Assembly (NCBI RefSeq): GCF_006345805.1
Contig: NC_043014.1
Coordinates: 44,764,001-44,828,000, forward strand
Reading direction: 5' to 3'
Length of the DNA stretch: 64,000 bases
DNA from: Octopus sinensis
Lineage: Eukaryota
In this document: in pieces, positions 1 to 12,720 of the stretch
Position numbering within the stretch: the stretch's first letter is position 1
How the letters are laid out: each line of letters starts with the position of its first letter
The notes under the pieces: generated by a model
Database searches by the model: none
What the model saw: the letters and a program-made list of their open reading frames with translations, nothing else
Told to the model about the DNA's origin: nothing
Translations under genes and position numbers: made by a program

Positions 1-753
1 ACATATAGCTGCCAGGCGTGGCTGTGTGTTAAGAAGCTTGTCTTCTAACCACATGGTTCTGGATTCAGTCCCACTGCGTAGCATCTTGGGCAAGTGTCGG
101 AAAGACTGTCTTCTACTGTAACCACTGGCTGACCAAAGCTTTGTGAGTGGATTTGGTCGGCGGAAACTGAAACAAGCCTGTCGTACACACACACACACAC
201 ACACACATATATGTATATGTGGCGGGTGGTGGGGCACAACGAGGAGTTTTCCTGCATTTTTGACTCTGAAACAAAGTATATTTATCTATAAATATTCACT
301 AGCTTAAAAAAACTATATCGGCTAAGCAAATGGCCTTTCTTATAGCATTATAACTTAATCTGATCACTATTTCAGAAATTTATCACCGTTCTCTTAGAGC
401 ATGTAAAAGACAAAATTGGATGGGGCAAAATGAGTAACACAAGACAAGGCAATTTTGCCGTTTCAATTCGCCAGAAAACGGACTCCTACACATCAGTATC
501 CATTGCCCTGGTCATTAATTTTGTTTCCCCACTAGATAAATATATATGTGTGTGTGTATGTTTGTTTCCCACTAGTGCTTGTGTTTATGTCCCCATAAAG
601 TGGCTGTGTGGTAAGTAGCTTGCTTACCAACCACATGGTTCCGAGTTCAGTCCCACTGCGTGGCACCTTGGGCAAGTGTCATCTACTATAGCCTCGGGCC
701 GACCAAAACCTTGTGAGTGGATTTGGTAGACGGAAACTGAAAGAAGCCCGTCG

Positions 754-788
<35 letters not shown>

Positions 789-2382
789 CTGTGTTTGTCC
801 CTCTAGCATTGCTGGACAACCGATGCTGGTGTGTTTATGTCCCCGTCACATAGTGGTTCGGCAAAAGAGACCGATAGAATAAGTACTGGGCTTACAAAGA
901 ATAAGTTCCGGGGTCGATTTGCTCGATTAAAGGCGGTGCTCCAGCATGGCCGCAGTCAAATGACTGAAAAGAGTATAATTTAGGGCTTTGGCAAAAGAGA
1001 GTGATAGAATAAGTACCAGCCTTAAAAAATTAGTACTGGGGTTGATTCATTCACCTAAAATTTCTTCAAGGCGGTGCCCCCATTATAAGTATCAGATAAA
1101 AGATATTTGTATAAGACTGAATAGATGCCAATGGAATTATTGTACAAGACTTCATTGTTGGTTCACCGAAGGCTTACTATCCTTCAGACCAGATGAAAAT
1201 TTAGTCGGATGCTTAGAACCTTTATATTGAGAAACAAAGTCACAGTCAATATATTGTACCAAAAGCATGATTCTACTTCAGTATTGTTATTCCCAATATG
1301 AAAAAAAAAAAGACAGCAATTCTTGAAAATATGCAAAGATCAGTAGCATCTAAATTCTATTCCCTTCAAGGCAAAGATTCTTGAGAGGGATTGAAAGCTG
1401 GAGATTTTTTTCTATATAACAGAATGAAGGATATGCTATTTTATATGTGTGAAGAATCTTTGAGAACTTGACCCAATATGACTCCCTGTTTGCATAGTTT
1501 CTTACAATGACAAGAGAAAAGAAAAACCACAGAATCTGCTACTAAACACCAGTTGCTCGAAAAAGCACAAAACCTCAGACAGGGCCACCTTAACAGTGTT
1601 GTAGAGCCCTATGCCATATCCAACCCAAATAATCTACACCATGTAGATTATTTGGGTTAGATATGGCTGGTTTAAATCTTCCAAGTCTCAAATTTAATCC
1701 ATCCCTTTTAATATTTGGAATCATGCCGGTGGCACGTAAAAAGCACCATCCGATCAAGGCCGTTGCCAGCCCCGCCTGGCCCCTGTGCCAGTGGCATGTA
1801 AAAAGCACCATCCGATTGTGGCTGTTTGCCAGCCTCGTCTGGCACCTGTGCTGGTGGCATGTAAAAAGCACCCACTACACTCACGGAGTGCTAGGTGTTA
1901 GAAAGGGCATCCAGCCATAGAAACATTGCCAGATCAGACTGGGCCTGGTGCAGCCTTCTGGCTTCCCAGACCCCAGTTGAACCGTCCAACCCATGCTAGC
2001 ATGGAAAGCAGACGCTAAACGATGATGATGATGAATCAGAGTTCTCAGCTCAGAATTGTATGTAACTGTCAAGAATAAGTAAATCTGGAATGATTTTGAG
2101 GTATTTGTCAATGTTTCTGTTAATGTACTGAGCGGAATGGTCTGAAAATATAAGAATTCCTTTCATAATAAGTAAAAGGGTTTCAGACTTCTGATTTGGA
2201 ATGAATTTTCTTTCAGAGCTATCTTAAGGCCTGCATTCATTGAGCAGTTTCCCTAGGCAGTCCAACAGGTCTAGAGGCTCAACGTCGATTTAAATATGCT
2301 GTGGTTGTGTATGCAGGGGCCTCCAGTATATAAGTACACAAGAATGACTTTCAAGTTAGGTCCTAGATATTCTCATATAGTG

Positions 2383-2639
2383 CAGTGGTTCTCAACTGAG
2401 GTCCATATGACCCTTGGGGGTCCATCTAAGATTTTGTTATTAAAATTTATCTGCAATAAATTGCTTATAATTCTACATTACATAAAATATTTTAACAATT
2501 CTTTTTTATACAATTCCCAATAATATTTGATTATAAAAATGTAGTAAGATTTTTTCAACACCAAATGGTTATGAGGGCCCATCTGAGTAAAATAGGAATC
2601 AAAAGGGGTCCGTAAGTAAAAAATGGTTGAGAACTACTG
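2383..2639. mobile_element. hAT-type MITE, uninterrupted relative of the 7088 element
   Basis: CAGTGGTTCTCAAC ... GTTGAGAACTACTG; TSD degenerate. Confidence 0.75.
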
Positions 2640-2944
2640 ATGCATTGAACCGCAAAAGAAATATGTTTTCAAATGTCATTTTTATATGGTAAATTCTGAA
2701 AATTTTGGGGATGTAAGTGTAAATCTTCCAAGACATGCTGGTTTATGGCTGAGACCCAAATTGCAGGTAACCTTTCAACTTTCCCTGAAACAAGATACCA
2801 AAATGCAGCTGCATTGAATGCTGTGGGTGGCAGCCACAAACTATTGTCATGAAAACCGAAATGCTTGTGCATCTCGTAGAGGTTATGGGTATAAAAATCA
2901 ACTTGAACAGCGTTCCTGGCATTCATAATTTGGATGCATCAGGT

Positions 2945-3920
2945 ATGACCCGATTGTCAGCAGTGCAGAGAGAATGAGCTATCAGCTGATTGCAAGCAGG
3001 ACAGCATGCTCTGGTTGTTGCGAAAGCTTACAATGTCCATTCAGTACCATCTATCACTTGCAACAGTGATACAACAACATCAACAGCCTGCATACCATTC
3101 CCGCAGAGGGTGCCTCAGGGTGACCACACCCATGCAAAATTGCTTTATCCACCTGTAATACTTCCATGATCGCTTCAGACCAGCCAGTGTGACAGCTCAC
3201 AAGACCATTGGTAATGGACACTGACCCATCAGCAAAGACATGGTACAACATCAACTGGCCGCCAACAACCTGCATTGCCGTCATCCTGCTTGAGGGCCTA
3301 TCCTCACCGCCTGCCACCATCAGGCATGACTACAGGGGGCTACACAGCACCGACATTGGCGGCATCAACAATGGAGGTCGATAGTCTTCTCTGATGAGAT
3401 CTGGTACTGCATTTCCACCCCGGATGGCATAGGAGGGTTGGATGCTACAGAGACACGAGTCATGGAGAGAGATGCGTGGGGTAGCCAAAGCATCATGGTT
3501 TAGGGTGCTGTAGGCCTGAATCAGAGAATTGGGTCCCATGTGTTCCAAAAGGCAGAGGGAATGGCATCACAGCACAGCGTTATGTTGACCAGATCCTAAG
3601 ATCTCACATTGTGCCCTTCTTTGCACATCACCATAGCTACATTTTCCAGCAGGACAATGCTCCCTCTCACATGGCCAGGGTCATCATGAACTTCCTGCAT
3701 CAGTACAACATCAGAACCATGTTGTGGCTGGCTCTTAGCCCATATTTGAACCCAATTGAACACTTGTGGGATGGAATCCAGAGACAGCTGAACCAGGTGG
3801 TCCCAAGGCTGACATCTCATGTGGAACTGGAGACGGCTTTCCTCAGGGTGTGGGCACAGGTGCCAATGGCTTTTGTGAACACCTTGGGAGGGCATGCATG
3901 GTGTTGAACATGACACACCC
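2945..3920 (+). mobile_element. Decayed Tc1-family transposase (pseudogenised)
   Basis: Frameshifted segments with WRSIVFSDE, FQQDNAPSHMA and ALSPYLNPIEHLWD (DD34E triad); multiple stops. Confidence 0.88.
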
Positions 3921-5072
3921 TACAATCTCGATGTACTGAACCCCCCCCCCCCTACCAGAACACCTGACAACGACCAATAGAACGTGGTCAAAGTGTGTCC
4001 AAGAAATTGACTTTACCAGATTTATCAAAATTTATCTCTGACATAATGAAATTAAAACATGTTTCACAGTCACACATGTCTCGCAATTCAGTTTATAGTG
4101 AAAATCTGGGTTTTTCTATGGTCAGAATTGGTTATTGGTGACAGTGATTGGCATTTGTTTGGTTGTAAAAACTGCCAGAAAGATAGTAATTAATCAGTTT
4201 TCCATTTTCTGTCGCTATTTTGTCCTTATTTAAAAAAAAAATTTTATTTTTTATTTATTCCACTTAGTGATGATGCATGGCCTAGTGGTTTAGGGTGTTG
4301 GGAATATGATCATGAAGTTGTGGTTTCAATTCCTGGATCAGGCGGTACATTGTGTCCTTGATCAGAGCACTTCATTTCACATTGCCCCTGTCTACTCATC
4401 TGAAAATGAGGACCAGCCAACTGGTGGTACAGCCCTCTCTCCTTCATCCTGAATATTCCCTTGCATCAAAGGTGTGAGGGCTGAGAAGGTATCTGTCTGC
4501 TTACTAATGCTTAGCGGTATTTCGTCTGCCGCTACGTTCTGAGTTCAAATTCCGCCGAGGTCGACTTTGCCTTTCATCCTTTCAGGGTCGATTAAATAAG
4601 TACCAGTTACGCACTGGAGTCGATATAATCGACTTAATCCGTTTGTCTGTCCTTGTTTGTCCTCTCTGTGTTTAGCCCCTTGTGGGTAGCAAAGAAATAG
4701 GTATCTGTCTGCTTACAACACCATAGGTATCTTAAACAGTTAGTAAAAGCATAGTACAGGCTATCTAGTCACACTCAAAAGTGACAGCTAAGCTTTTTAT
4801 TGAACTCAGCACGTTCGGTTTTACGGTGTTATATATTTGTTTTAAGGCTCAAGAGGTTTTAGTGGAGATTTGGATAAGAAACAAGAGTGAAGGATGACCT
4901 GAAAAGCACCATCTACAGATAGGACATTTATATTATTGATCTTTGTTATTGATCGGTTAGCATTTGCCAAGTTTATATCTAGTTTCCTTGTTAAAATGCT
5001 CAGGTTAAATTTGTTCATGCAGCCTGATTGCTCTGCAGCAATAAGGTGCTTGGAAGTGACTTGCAATGCATC

Positions 5073-5455
5073 AGAAGTGGCTGTGTGGTAAGTAGCTTGC
5101 TAACCAACCACATGGTTCTGGGTTCAGTCCCACTGCGTGGCATCTTGAGCAAGTGTCTTCTGCTATAGCCCCGGGCCGACCAATGCCTTGTGAGTGGATT
5201 TGGTAGACGGAAACTGAAAGAAGCCTGTCGTATATATGTATATATATATGTGTGTGTGTGTGTTTGTTTGTCCCCCTAGCATTGCTTGACAACCGATGCT
5301 GGTGTGTTTACGTCCCCCTCACTTAGCGGTTCGGCAAAATAGACCGATAGAATAAGTACTGGGCTTACAAAGAATAAGTCCCGGGGTCGATTTGCTCGAC
5401 TAAAGGCGGTGCTCCAGCATGGCCGCAGTCAAATGACTGAAACAAGTAAGAGAGA
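5073..5455 (+). mobile_element. tRNA-derived SINE family 1 (octopus-type), representative copy
   Basis: Head GGCTGTGTGGTAAGTAGCTTGC...GGTTCAGTCCC, internal (TA)/(TG) tract, tail GACTGAAACAAGTAAAAGAGTA. Further copies near 12-215, 597-975, 5815-6195(-), 12474-13060, 14640-15200, 17130-17510, 25268-25625, 29135-29350(-), 44770-44905(-), 46210-46580(-), 50370-50770(-), 53825-54215, 54445-54615(-) and 63828-64000(-). Confidence 0.9.
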
Positions 5456-6930
5456 GAAGTGGCATATTTTTTCACTACTTTTTAAGCACATTATTGGTGT
5501 GTTATAATATGCTTATTCAATATTAGGAGGTTACCGAACTAAAGAATGCAAGCTTTCTTTAGCTCTGACTGCATAATTTACAAGCCTTGTACAATAAAAA
5601 CAAATGCCCAGCTTACATCTTAGCAATATCAATAAAGAGGTTTTGTAGTTAAGACTGAAAGGGATTTAATTGAAAGAAGGCATGACACTAATGTAGCAGG
5701 TCATGCGATTTGTTTGGAAGCTTTCTGATTGTGCTTTAAGTGCTTATCTTCAAGTTATTGAACTTGTCTTTCATTCGACCAGGCACAAAACCAGTTTTGT
5801 AAGGAAGTAGTCTCTTTTACTCTTTTATTTGTTTCAGTCATTTGACTGTGGCCATGCTGGAGCACTGCCTTTAGTCGAGAAAATCGACCCCAGGACTTAT
5901 TCTTTGTAAGCCTAGTACTTATTCTATCGGTCTCTTTTGCCAAACTGCTAAGTTATGGGGACGTAAACACACCAGCATCGGTTGTCAAGCAATGTTGGAG
6001 GGACAAACACAGACACACAAAAATATACACACACATACATACGACGAGCTTCTTTCAGTTTCCGTCTACCAAATCCACTCACAAGGCTTTGGTCAGCTCG
6101 AGGCTATAGTAGAAGACACTTGCCCAAGATGCCACGCAGTGGGACTGAACCCAGAACCATGCAGTTTGTAAGCAAGCTACTTACCACACAACCACTCCTA
6201 TGCCTATCAAGGTAAAGTCGACCTCGGCGGAATTTGAACTCCGAATGTAGTGACAGGCAAAATACTGCTAAGCATTTCACCCGGCATTCTAATGCTTCTG
6301 CCACCTCGCCATCTAATTAAATTGAGCATATGAACATACTTAACCTTAAATATCCATGATGAATTGTTCAAAAAAATATTTATGGACTATTAGCCTTGTT
6401 TTTGCCTGTGAAAATTTAATATTTAGTATTTACATCTACTTTACATATTGATCAGTTTGTTTTTGATGATAACGATAATTTATCTCATTACTGTAAGATC
6501 ACAAGCTGTAGTGGAAAATATTGTTAATTAAACAGACTCCAGTATATGCTTGGTACTTATTTTATTGATCCTGGGGTAAGATTTGAACCTAGGACATAGA
6601 AATGCAAGAGTAAATACTCCATAATATTTCGTCTGGCTCTCTACCATTTCTGCTACCCCCACCATCCTTAGATTCTGATAATGATTTCTAATGTCGACAC
6701 TTGGCCACAAATTTATGAATTTTGAGGGCAACACTATTGTCAGTAACATCTCCCCCATATTTGCCAGATACTTATTTTACCAAACCAGTAAGATTAGAAG
6801 CGAAATTAACCTTAGCATGTCATTTCGTTCAATGCTCCACTGATTTTTGCCTGTAAATTTCTTTTCTGCAACCAACCATACAACTTCAAATATTTCAATT
6901 ACCTCATTTTATGCTGCGTTCTATTGACAG

Positions 6931-7001
6931 TACGGTTCAGAGCTGATCACCTGAATAAAATCAGAAATCAATGCAACAAGGTTGTTGGTGAAAAAATGAA
7001 G
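6931..7001 (+). CDS. SARS1: SARS1 coding exon 2 ([23 protein letters not shown])
   Basis: gacag| acceptor, |gttagt donor; 71 nt; homologous to human [24 protein letters not shown]. Confidence 0.92.
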
Positions 7002-10000
7002 GTTAGTGTTTCCCCTTTTTTGAAATACTTTTTCTTGCCTTTGAAGGTTGATGAAATGGGTTGGATATATTCTATATTCTGTTAGACCAGTGGTTCTTAA
7101 CTCGGGGTCCATATGACCCCTGAGAATCTGTACAAGCAAAGTAATAAATTGTAGATCCACAGTAGTATTTTAACCGTTTCATTACTGTATTTATTTTGAG
7201 ATGCTGTATGTTTCTTTCAATTACTTTAAATATAACAAATAATTTAGTAAAATAACTTAGTTATCATTAAGCTAGTGTTAGGAACATAAATTGTGACTAA
7301 GGTTTGGTGGAAGATTTTAATTCAAAACTTAAGAAAACAAGATATTTGTACTACAGAGCCAGAGCCGGTTTCAGCCGGGTTGGTAACGAAAGGGTTAAGG
7401 GTCTGTGAATTAATTTTGCTTTTATATGTATTTGTTGCAAGGAACAGCTAGTTTTCTATCTCTAATGTTTTACAGTTTAATGTGCTTCCATCCACTGAAA
7501 CATATTCTCTCAGAGACTGCTGTTGCAAACCTACACAAACAAAAATGTGAAAAACAATATAGAGATTTTGAATGACATATCTGTGAAACTAGTTTTTAAC
7601 CCTTTCGTTACTATATTTCTGACCAAAATACACCCCTCATGAGTTTCAATTAAATTCTGAAATAATCATGAATCTAGGCTTGTTTCATTAAATAACTGTA
7701 ACTTTTTTACTTATCAACATATTAATGTGATATTTGGAACATAATTAAAGAAAGGGTTCTTAATCAATTCTATTGCATAACTTTTGTCTCAAAGTGACTT
7801 TAATTACAGGTAAATTGAGCAAAAGGTAAAAATATTAAAATTTTGTTTAAACATCACCATAGAAAATGAATCATCAGCTAATATTCAAATGGGTATGCAA
7901 CAAAATTTTGATAAAGAAGAATTGTGCACATCACTATATCATCAGTTGAATTTAATGCACAACAGGTGTACCATAAAGGTGGAATAAAGTGAAATACTGG
8001 AATCCACCGCAAGTTTGACCAAACTAAAGAAATCGGTCAAAAGATAATATACGGCCCTGGTTATGGTATGGAAGTGATAAATTCCAGACCACATCGTTCC
8101 CTAGGCCATGCTGACTAACATTATTTTCCCTGTATAAAAACTAAATCCACGCAGTACCCAGTATTTGCTTCACAAATTTTCCGAAATTTGAACCCCCATT
8201 TTGTGTTTGTTTACATTCTGCGCAAGTTTGTTTCCGCATTGATCACTTCAAACAATAACTTCCAGACCACATCATACCCTAAGCCATGCTGACTAACATT
8301 AGTTTCCCTGTATAAAAACTAAATCCACAACAGTACCCAGTATTTGCTTCACAAATTTTCCAATTCGGAATCAATGCTTGATAACATGAAACTCCTATCC
8401 ATTTTCAAAGTTGAAGAAAAATCAATGCTGAAAAAAATGTGGAAAAAAATTTCCCAAAATTCAGGAAATTAAAATTACATGTCGATCGTTGCACAAAACT
8501 GTAGATTAACTGTTTACGAAGTATAATCACGTGTTTTCACGAATGTACTAAAGAGATTTGCTCTGATATTCTCATTTAAATATGAATAGGTAAATACGGG
8601 CGGCTTTGGGTGGTTTGGTCACATTAACCAAAATTTTTTTCGGGCGGCTTTGGGCGGTTTGGTAACGAAAGGGTTAAACATCAAATTACTATGAGGTTCC
8701 ACCAGAATAAAATAGAAAGCAAAGGGGCCCATAGATAAAAAATGGTTGAGAACCACTGTGTGAGACATTTGCATTGCTGTAAGCCATATCTACGAGGATA
8801 TATCATCTTTGTGTATGCCTCCTCATTTTTTAATAGTGTGATTTATTGAATACCAGATGTATGGTAGCATAAGGAATGAAGGTAAAATGACATGGAAGCT
8901 ACATGTTATTATGGGATAAAGTGTCCAGGATAAACATAAGCCACGGTGAAAATTATTGATAATAGAATATAAAGTGCACCTTTGAGAAGCTAGTTTTTTC
9001 ATTCATCACCTGATGATGCCCTTGAACACATCATCAGTGATGTGATGTTTCCTGGGATTGTTCGGTGTTTCCAGGTCTTCCTGCATCAGGCACCTTTACC
9101 CAGATGACCCAGCTGGGGTTGATCATATCCTAGCATGTGTCCAGTCAGCATTACACCTGGTAACACTGTCCCTTCCAGGGCTCTCATCTACCGCTGATCC
9201 ACATTCAATTATTCTAGCTCTGATCAACTTCACCTTGGAAAGACAAAAGAATGATTATCCTCATATAGTCCTGACGATGAGAATGATGATGGTATTTTTC
9301 CTGCATCTTTTACATTTTTTGTCTAATTTTGATGAAAATTGATGCATGAGCAAGGCTCATGGCAGTGAGTTGATGTCAGTATATGGCGTTGACAAAAAAT
9401 CGATAATTGCACCTGAGCAGTGGTTTTATAAAATCAATAGGCTTTTTGCATGCAAATACCCATAGGGAATTTATTTTTGGCTGTAACTTTTATATTTTTC
9501 ATCTGATTTTAACGAAATTTGAGATTTAGGTAAATTCTCTGGTAGGGGAGACAGTAAGGGTTTTAACTTTATTCCAGAGCTGGCGTCAACTAATGGACAT
9601 GAACTGTAATCATGTGTAAAATTTCAATGGTCTGAGGCAGGCTTAACTTCAACACAGAAAACACAAGCAATGCCAGGTCCAATAGCTAGTTAGTAGCCTA
9701 AATGCAACAAGGTTAATATACACTTTACTGCGACCTAGATGTATCTATAAAGTAATACCCTCTTCCTCCCATCTAAATGTCACCCTCTCTTTTTTTTTTT
9801 CTTCCCCAAATTGATATGCTGATGTTAATGGCTGTATTCTTTACAGAAAAAGGAACCTGTTGGTGATGATGACACCATTCCTGAGAATGTACTCAATGAA
9901 ATTGAAGAACTTAATCCAGATAAGTTACGGGTGAGTCAACAGAATCTTTCTACTACAAAATGTTTTTAGATGCAACACAATTTTTAGATTGCAACTACTG

Positions 10001-10650
10001 ATTGTAAAATGGTCCTAACTGTCTAATACTTTCATAGCAACTGTTGCTTTTGTTTAACCCTTGGTTGGCCCTGATAAAGCAAGCCCATGATCAAATGTAT
10101 TCCAGTTGTGACCACCTCAACTTTTTTGTATATTTATGACTGCAATGTCTAATCTAGTTTCCTTTCAAAATATTACAGTCTGATTTTAGGAAGATTTGGC
10201 TGCTATTTCTAAAATGATCAACTGACCACATAGCAACTCTATTGTCTTGTGTCTCTCTGTTTCTGCTAGTATTAGTACTGTTGCACCTATTAGTGTTTCA
10301 TTTGTTGCAGCTGCTGCATCTATTATATAACAGTAGCACAGATAAGCTACAGGTGTGTCCACAGGTATTACATACTATGGATTCTGGCATGAGTATTGAT
10401 GTAACTGCTGTGATTACTGATGTTGCACATTCAAATGACTACCCTGTATACTAGTGTGACAAAATGATTTTTTAATATATTGATGTGATGCATTACTACA
10501 AATCATGTATTAACAACTAATGTTATTGTAAATTCTGTATATGTTGTAATTATGGTGGTGACCTATGTTCTGTTTTTCATATGTATGTGTGTATATATTT
10601 CTATATATTAACACTGCTCATATAATGAGTGCATTGTTTCTATATGTATA

Positions 10651-10695
<45 letters not shown>

Positions 10696-12673
10696 TAGTA
10701 ATGCAATACTATAGTATTGCTTTCCAGTAAAGAATAGCCCATGAGGGAAAAATATACAAAGAGTAAATATATGGCACAACGAAGTACCGATATTTACTGG
10801 AAATAGCGAACATAACAATACGACGCTAATGTATAGCTTCACCGCGTATGTACTAGCAAAAATGCGTGTGTGCAACAAACTAGAAAAAATTGTCTTACAT
10901 CCAGGGAGAACATCTGAAAGATGAAATACCTGGAAAAGGATAATGTGGGACCTGCACAGGTTTCAGATTTTTCAAGATATGTCTGCACCCATAAATTGAT
11001 CTATCTTCATCTGTTTGGCTGATGAAGATAGATCAATTTATGGGTGCAGACATATCTTGAAAAATCTGAAACCTGTGCAGGTCCCACATTATCCTTTTCC
11101 AGGTATTTCATCTTTCAGATGTTCTCCCTGGATGTAAGACAATTTTTTCTAGTTTGTTGCACACACGCATTTTTGCTAGTACATACGCGGTGAAGCTATA
11201 CATTAGCGTCGTATTGTTACGTTCGCTATTTCCAGTAAATATCGGTACTTCGTTGTGCCATATATTTACTCTTTGTATATATATATATATATATATATAT
11301 TTGTATATATTGTAGTTGTGATACCTGTGCCGGTGGCACGTAAAAAGCACCATCCGAACGTGGCCGATGCCAGCGCTGCCTAGACAAGCGTCCGTGCCGG
11401 TGGTACATAAAAAGCACCAACCGTTCGTAGTGGTTGGCGTTAGGAAGGGCATCCAGCCGTAGAAACACTGCCAGACCAGACTGGAGCCTGGTGTAGCCTC
11501 CTGGCTTCCCAGACCCCAATCGAACTGTTCAACCCATGCTAGCATGGAAAACGATGTTAAACGATGATGTTGATGCTATTTGTATATATGTAGGCAAATT
11601 TGAAAATTGAAAATAACAAAACAAAAGTCAAAAGGACATACACATGGAGTGTATCTTATACCGAGCGTCAACCGGTATAAGATACATTCCATGTCAGCCG
11701 GGTTGGTAACAAAAGGGTTCATAACTCAAAATAAGAACTGACATAGACCATGACAGTCTATCTAACCGTTTGCTAGCATGGTAAATGTATGATGATGCTG
11801 ATGCTGTCATAAAGTACTTGCGAATATAAGGTGTATATACAGGGAGAGTTTACGAAAAAACAAAAGACGAAGACAAGTGGTGTACAAAACAAACAGATGT
11901 ATTAGTATAACGCTCAGGAATAGAAAAAGTCTTTTACGTTTCGAGCCTATGCTCTTCTACAGAAAGGGACACAGAAAAAAAAACAAGGAGAGAAAAAAAT
12001 GTGTGTAGTGGCTAACGATCTACCATGGTGTATATATATGTATGTGCAATGTTTATATGATTTCAGGAACTTAATGTTAAGCAAGTAAAGAAAATTGCAA
12101 CCAAACTGGATGAAATGATGAAACAGAACACAGCTGACATGTTGGTACAGGAGAACCAACGTAACGAAGCATTGAAAGAGATTGGTAACTTACTTCACGA
12201 GTCATGTGTCATCAGTAACGATGAGGTATGTTATAATTATCACCATAACAATCATTCTGAACCATTGCTGAGCATTTTTTTCCATATCATTATGAGTTAC
12301 ATGAATGTACAATGTCTTGATATTGATAAGCATCTGTGGGAAAAAGTGTTGGTTCATATCTCTCAAATGTCTGGAGCAAATGTCTCTTGTTCTTCTTGAC
12401 ATTATTCCCGATCCTTATCCTTCTTGTCACCCAAGTTTGATCTTTTTATATTATGATGATTATATATTTTTTTGAGTGGCTATGTGGTAAGTAGCTTGCC
12501 TACCAACCACATGGTTCCGGGTTCAGTCCCACTGCGCGGCACCTTGGGCAAGTGTCTCCTATTATATCCTCAGGCCGACCAAAGCCTTGTGAGTGGACTT
12601 GGTAGATGGAAACTGAAAGAAGCCCGTCGCATATATGTATACATACATACATATATATATATATATTATATAT

Positions 12674-12720
<47 letters not shown>

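Noticed and set aside
4842-5066. 74-aa - strand ORF (LIAAEQSG...VLSVDGAFQVILHS)
   Set aside because: It may be a very decayed LINE reverse transcriptase fragment, but similarity is too weak to call by eye, and it fits neither host gene.
1-6930. SARS1 coding exon 1 (expected MVLDLDLFR...)
   Set aside because: No matching sequence was found by eye on the + strand; it is probably upstream of the window.
9000-9310. CTGATGA / CTGACGA motifs as further hammerheads
   Set aside because: I could not assemble stem II, GAAA, stem III and stem I into a consistent fold.
9360-9690. Additional Helitron-like relics (also about 24600-24990)
   Set aside because: Only partial terminal resemblance; boundaries could not be defined.
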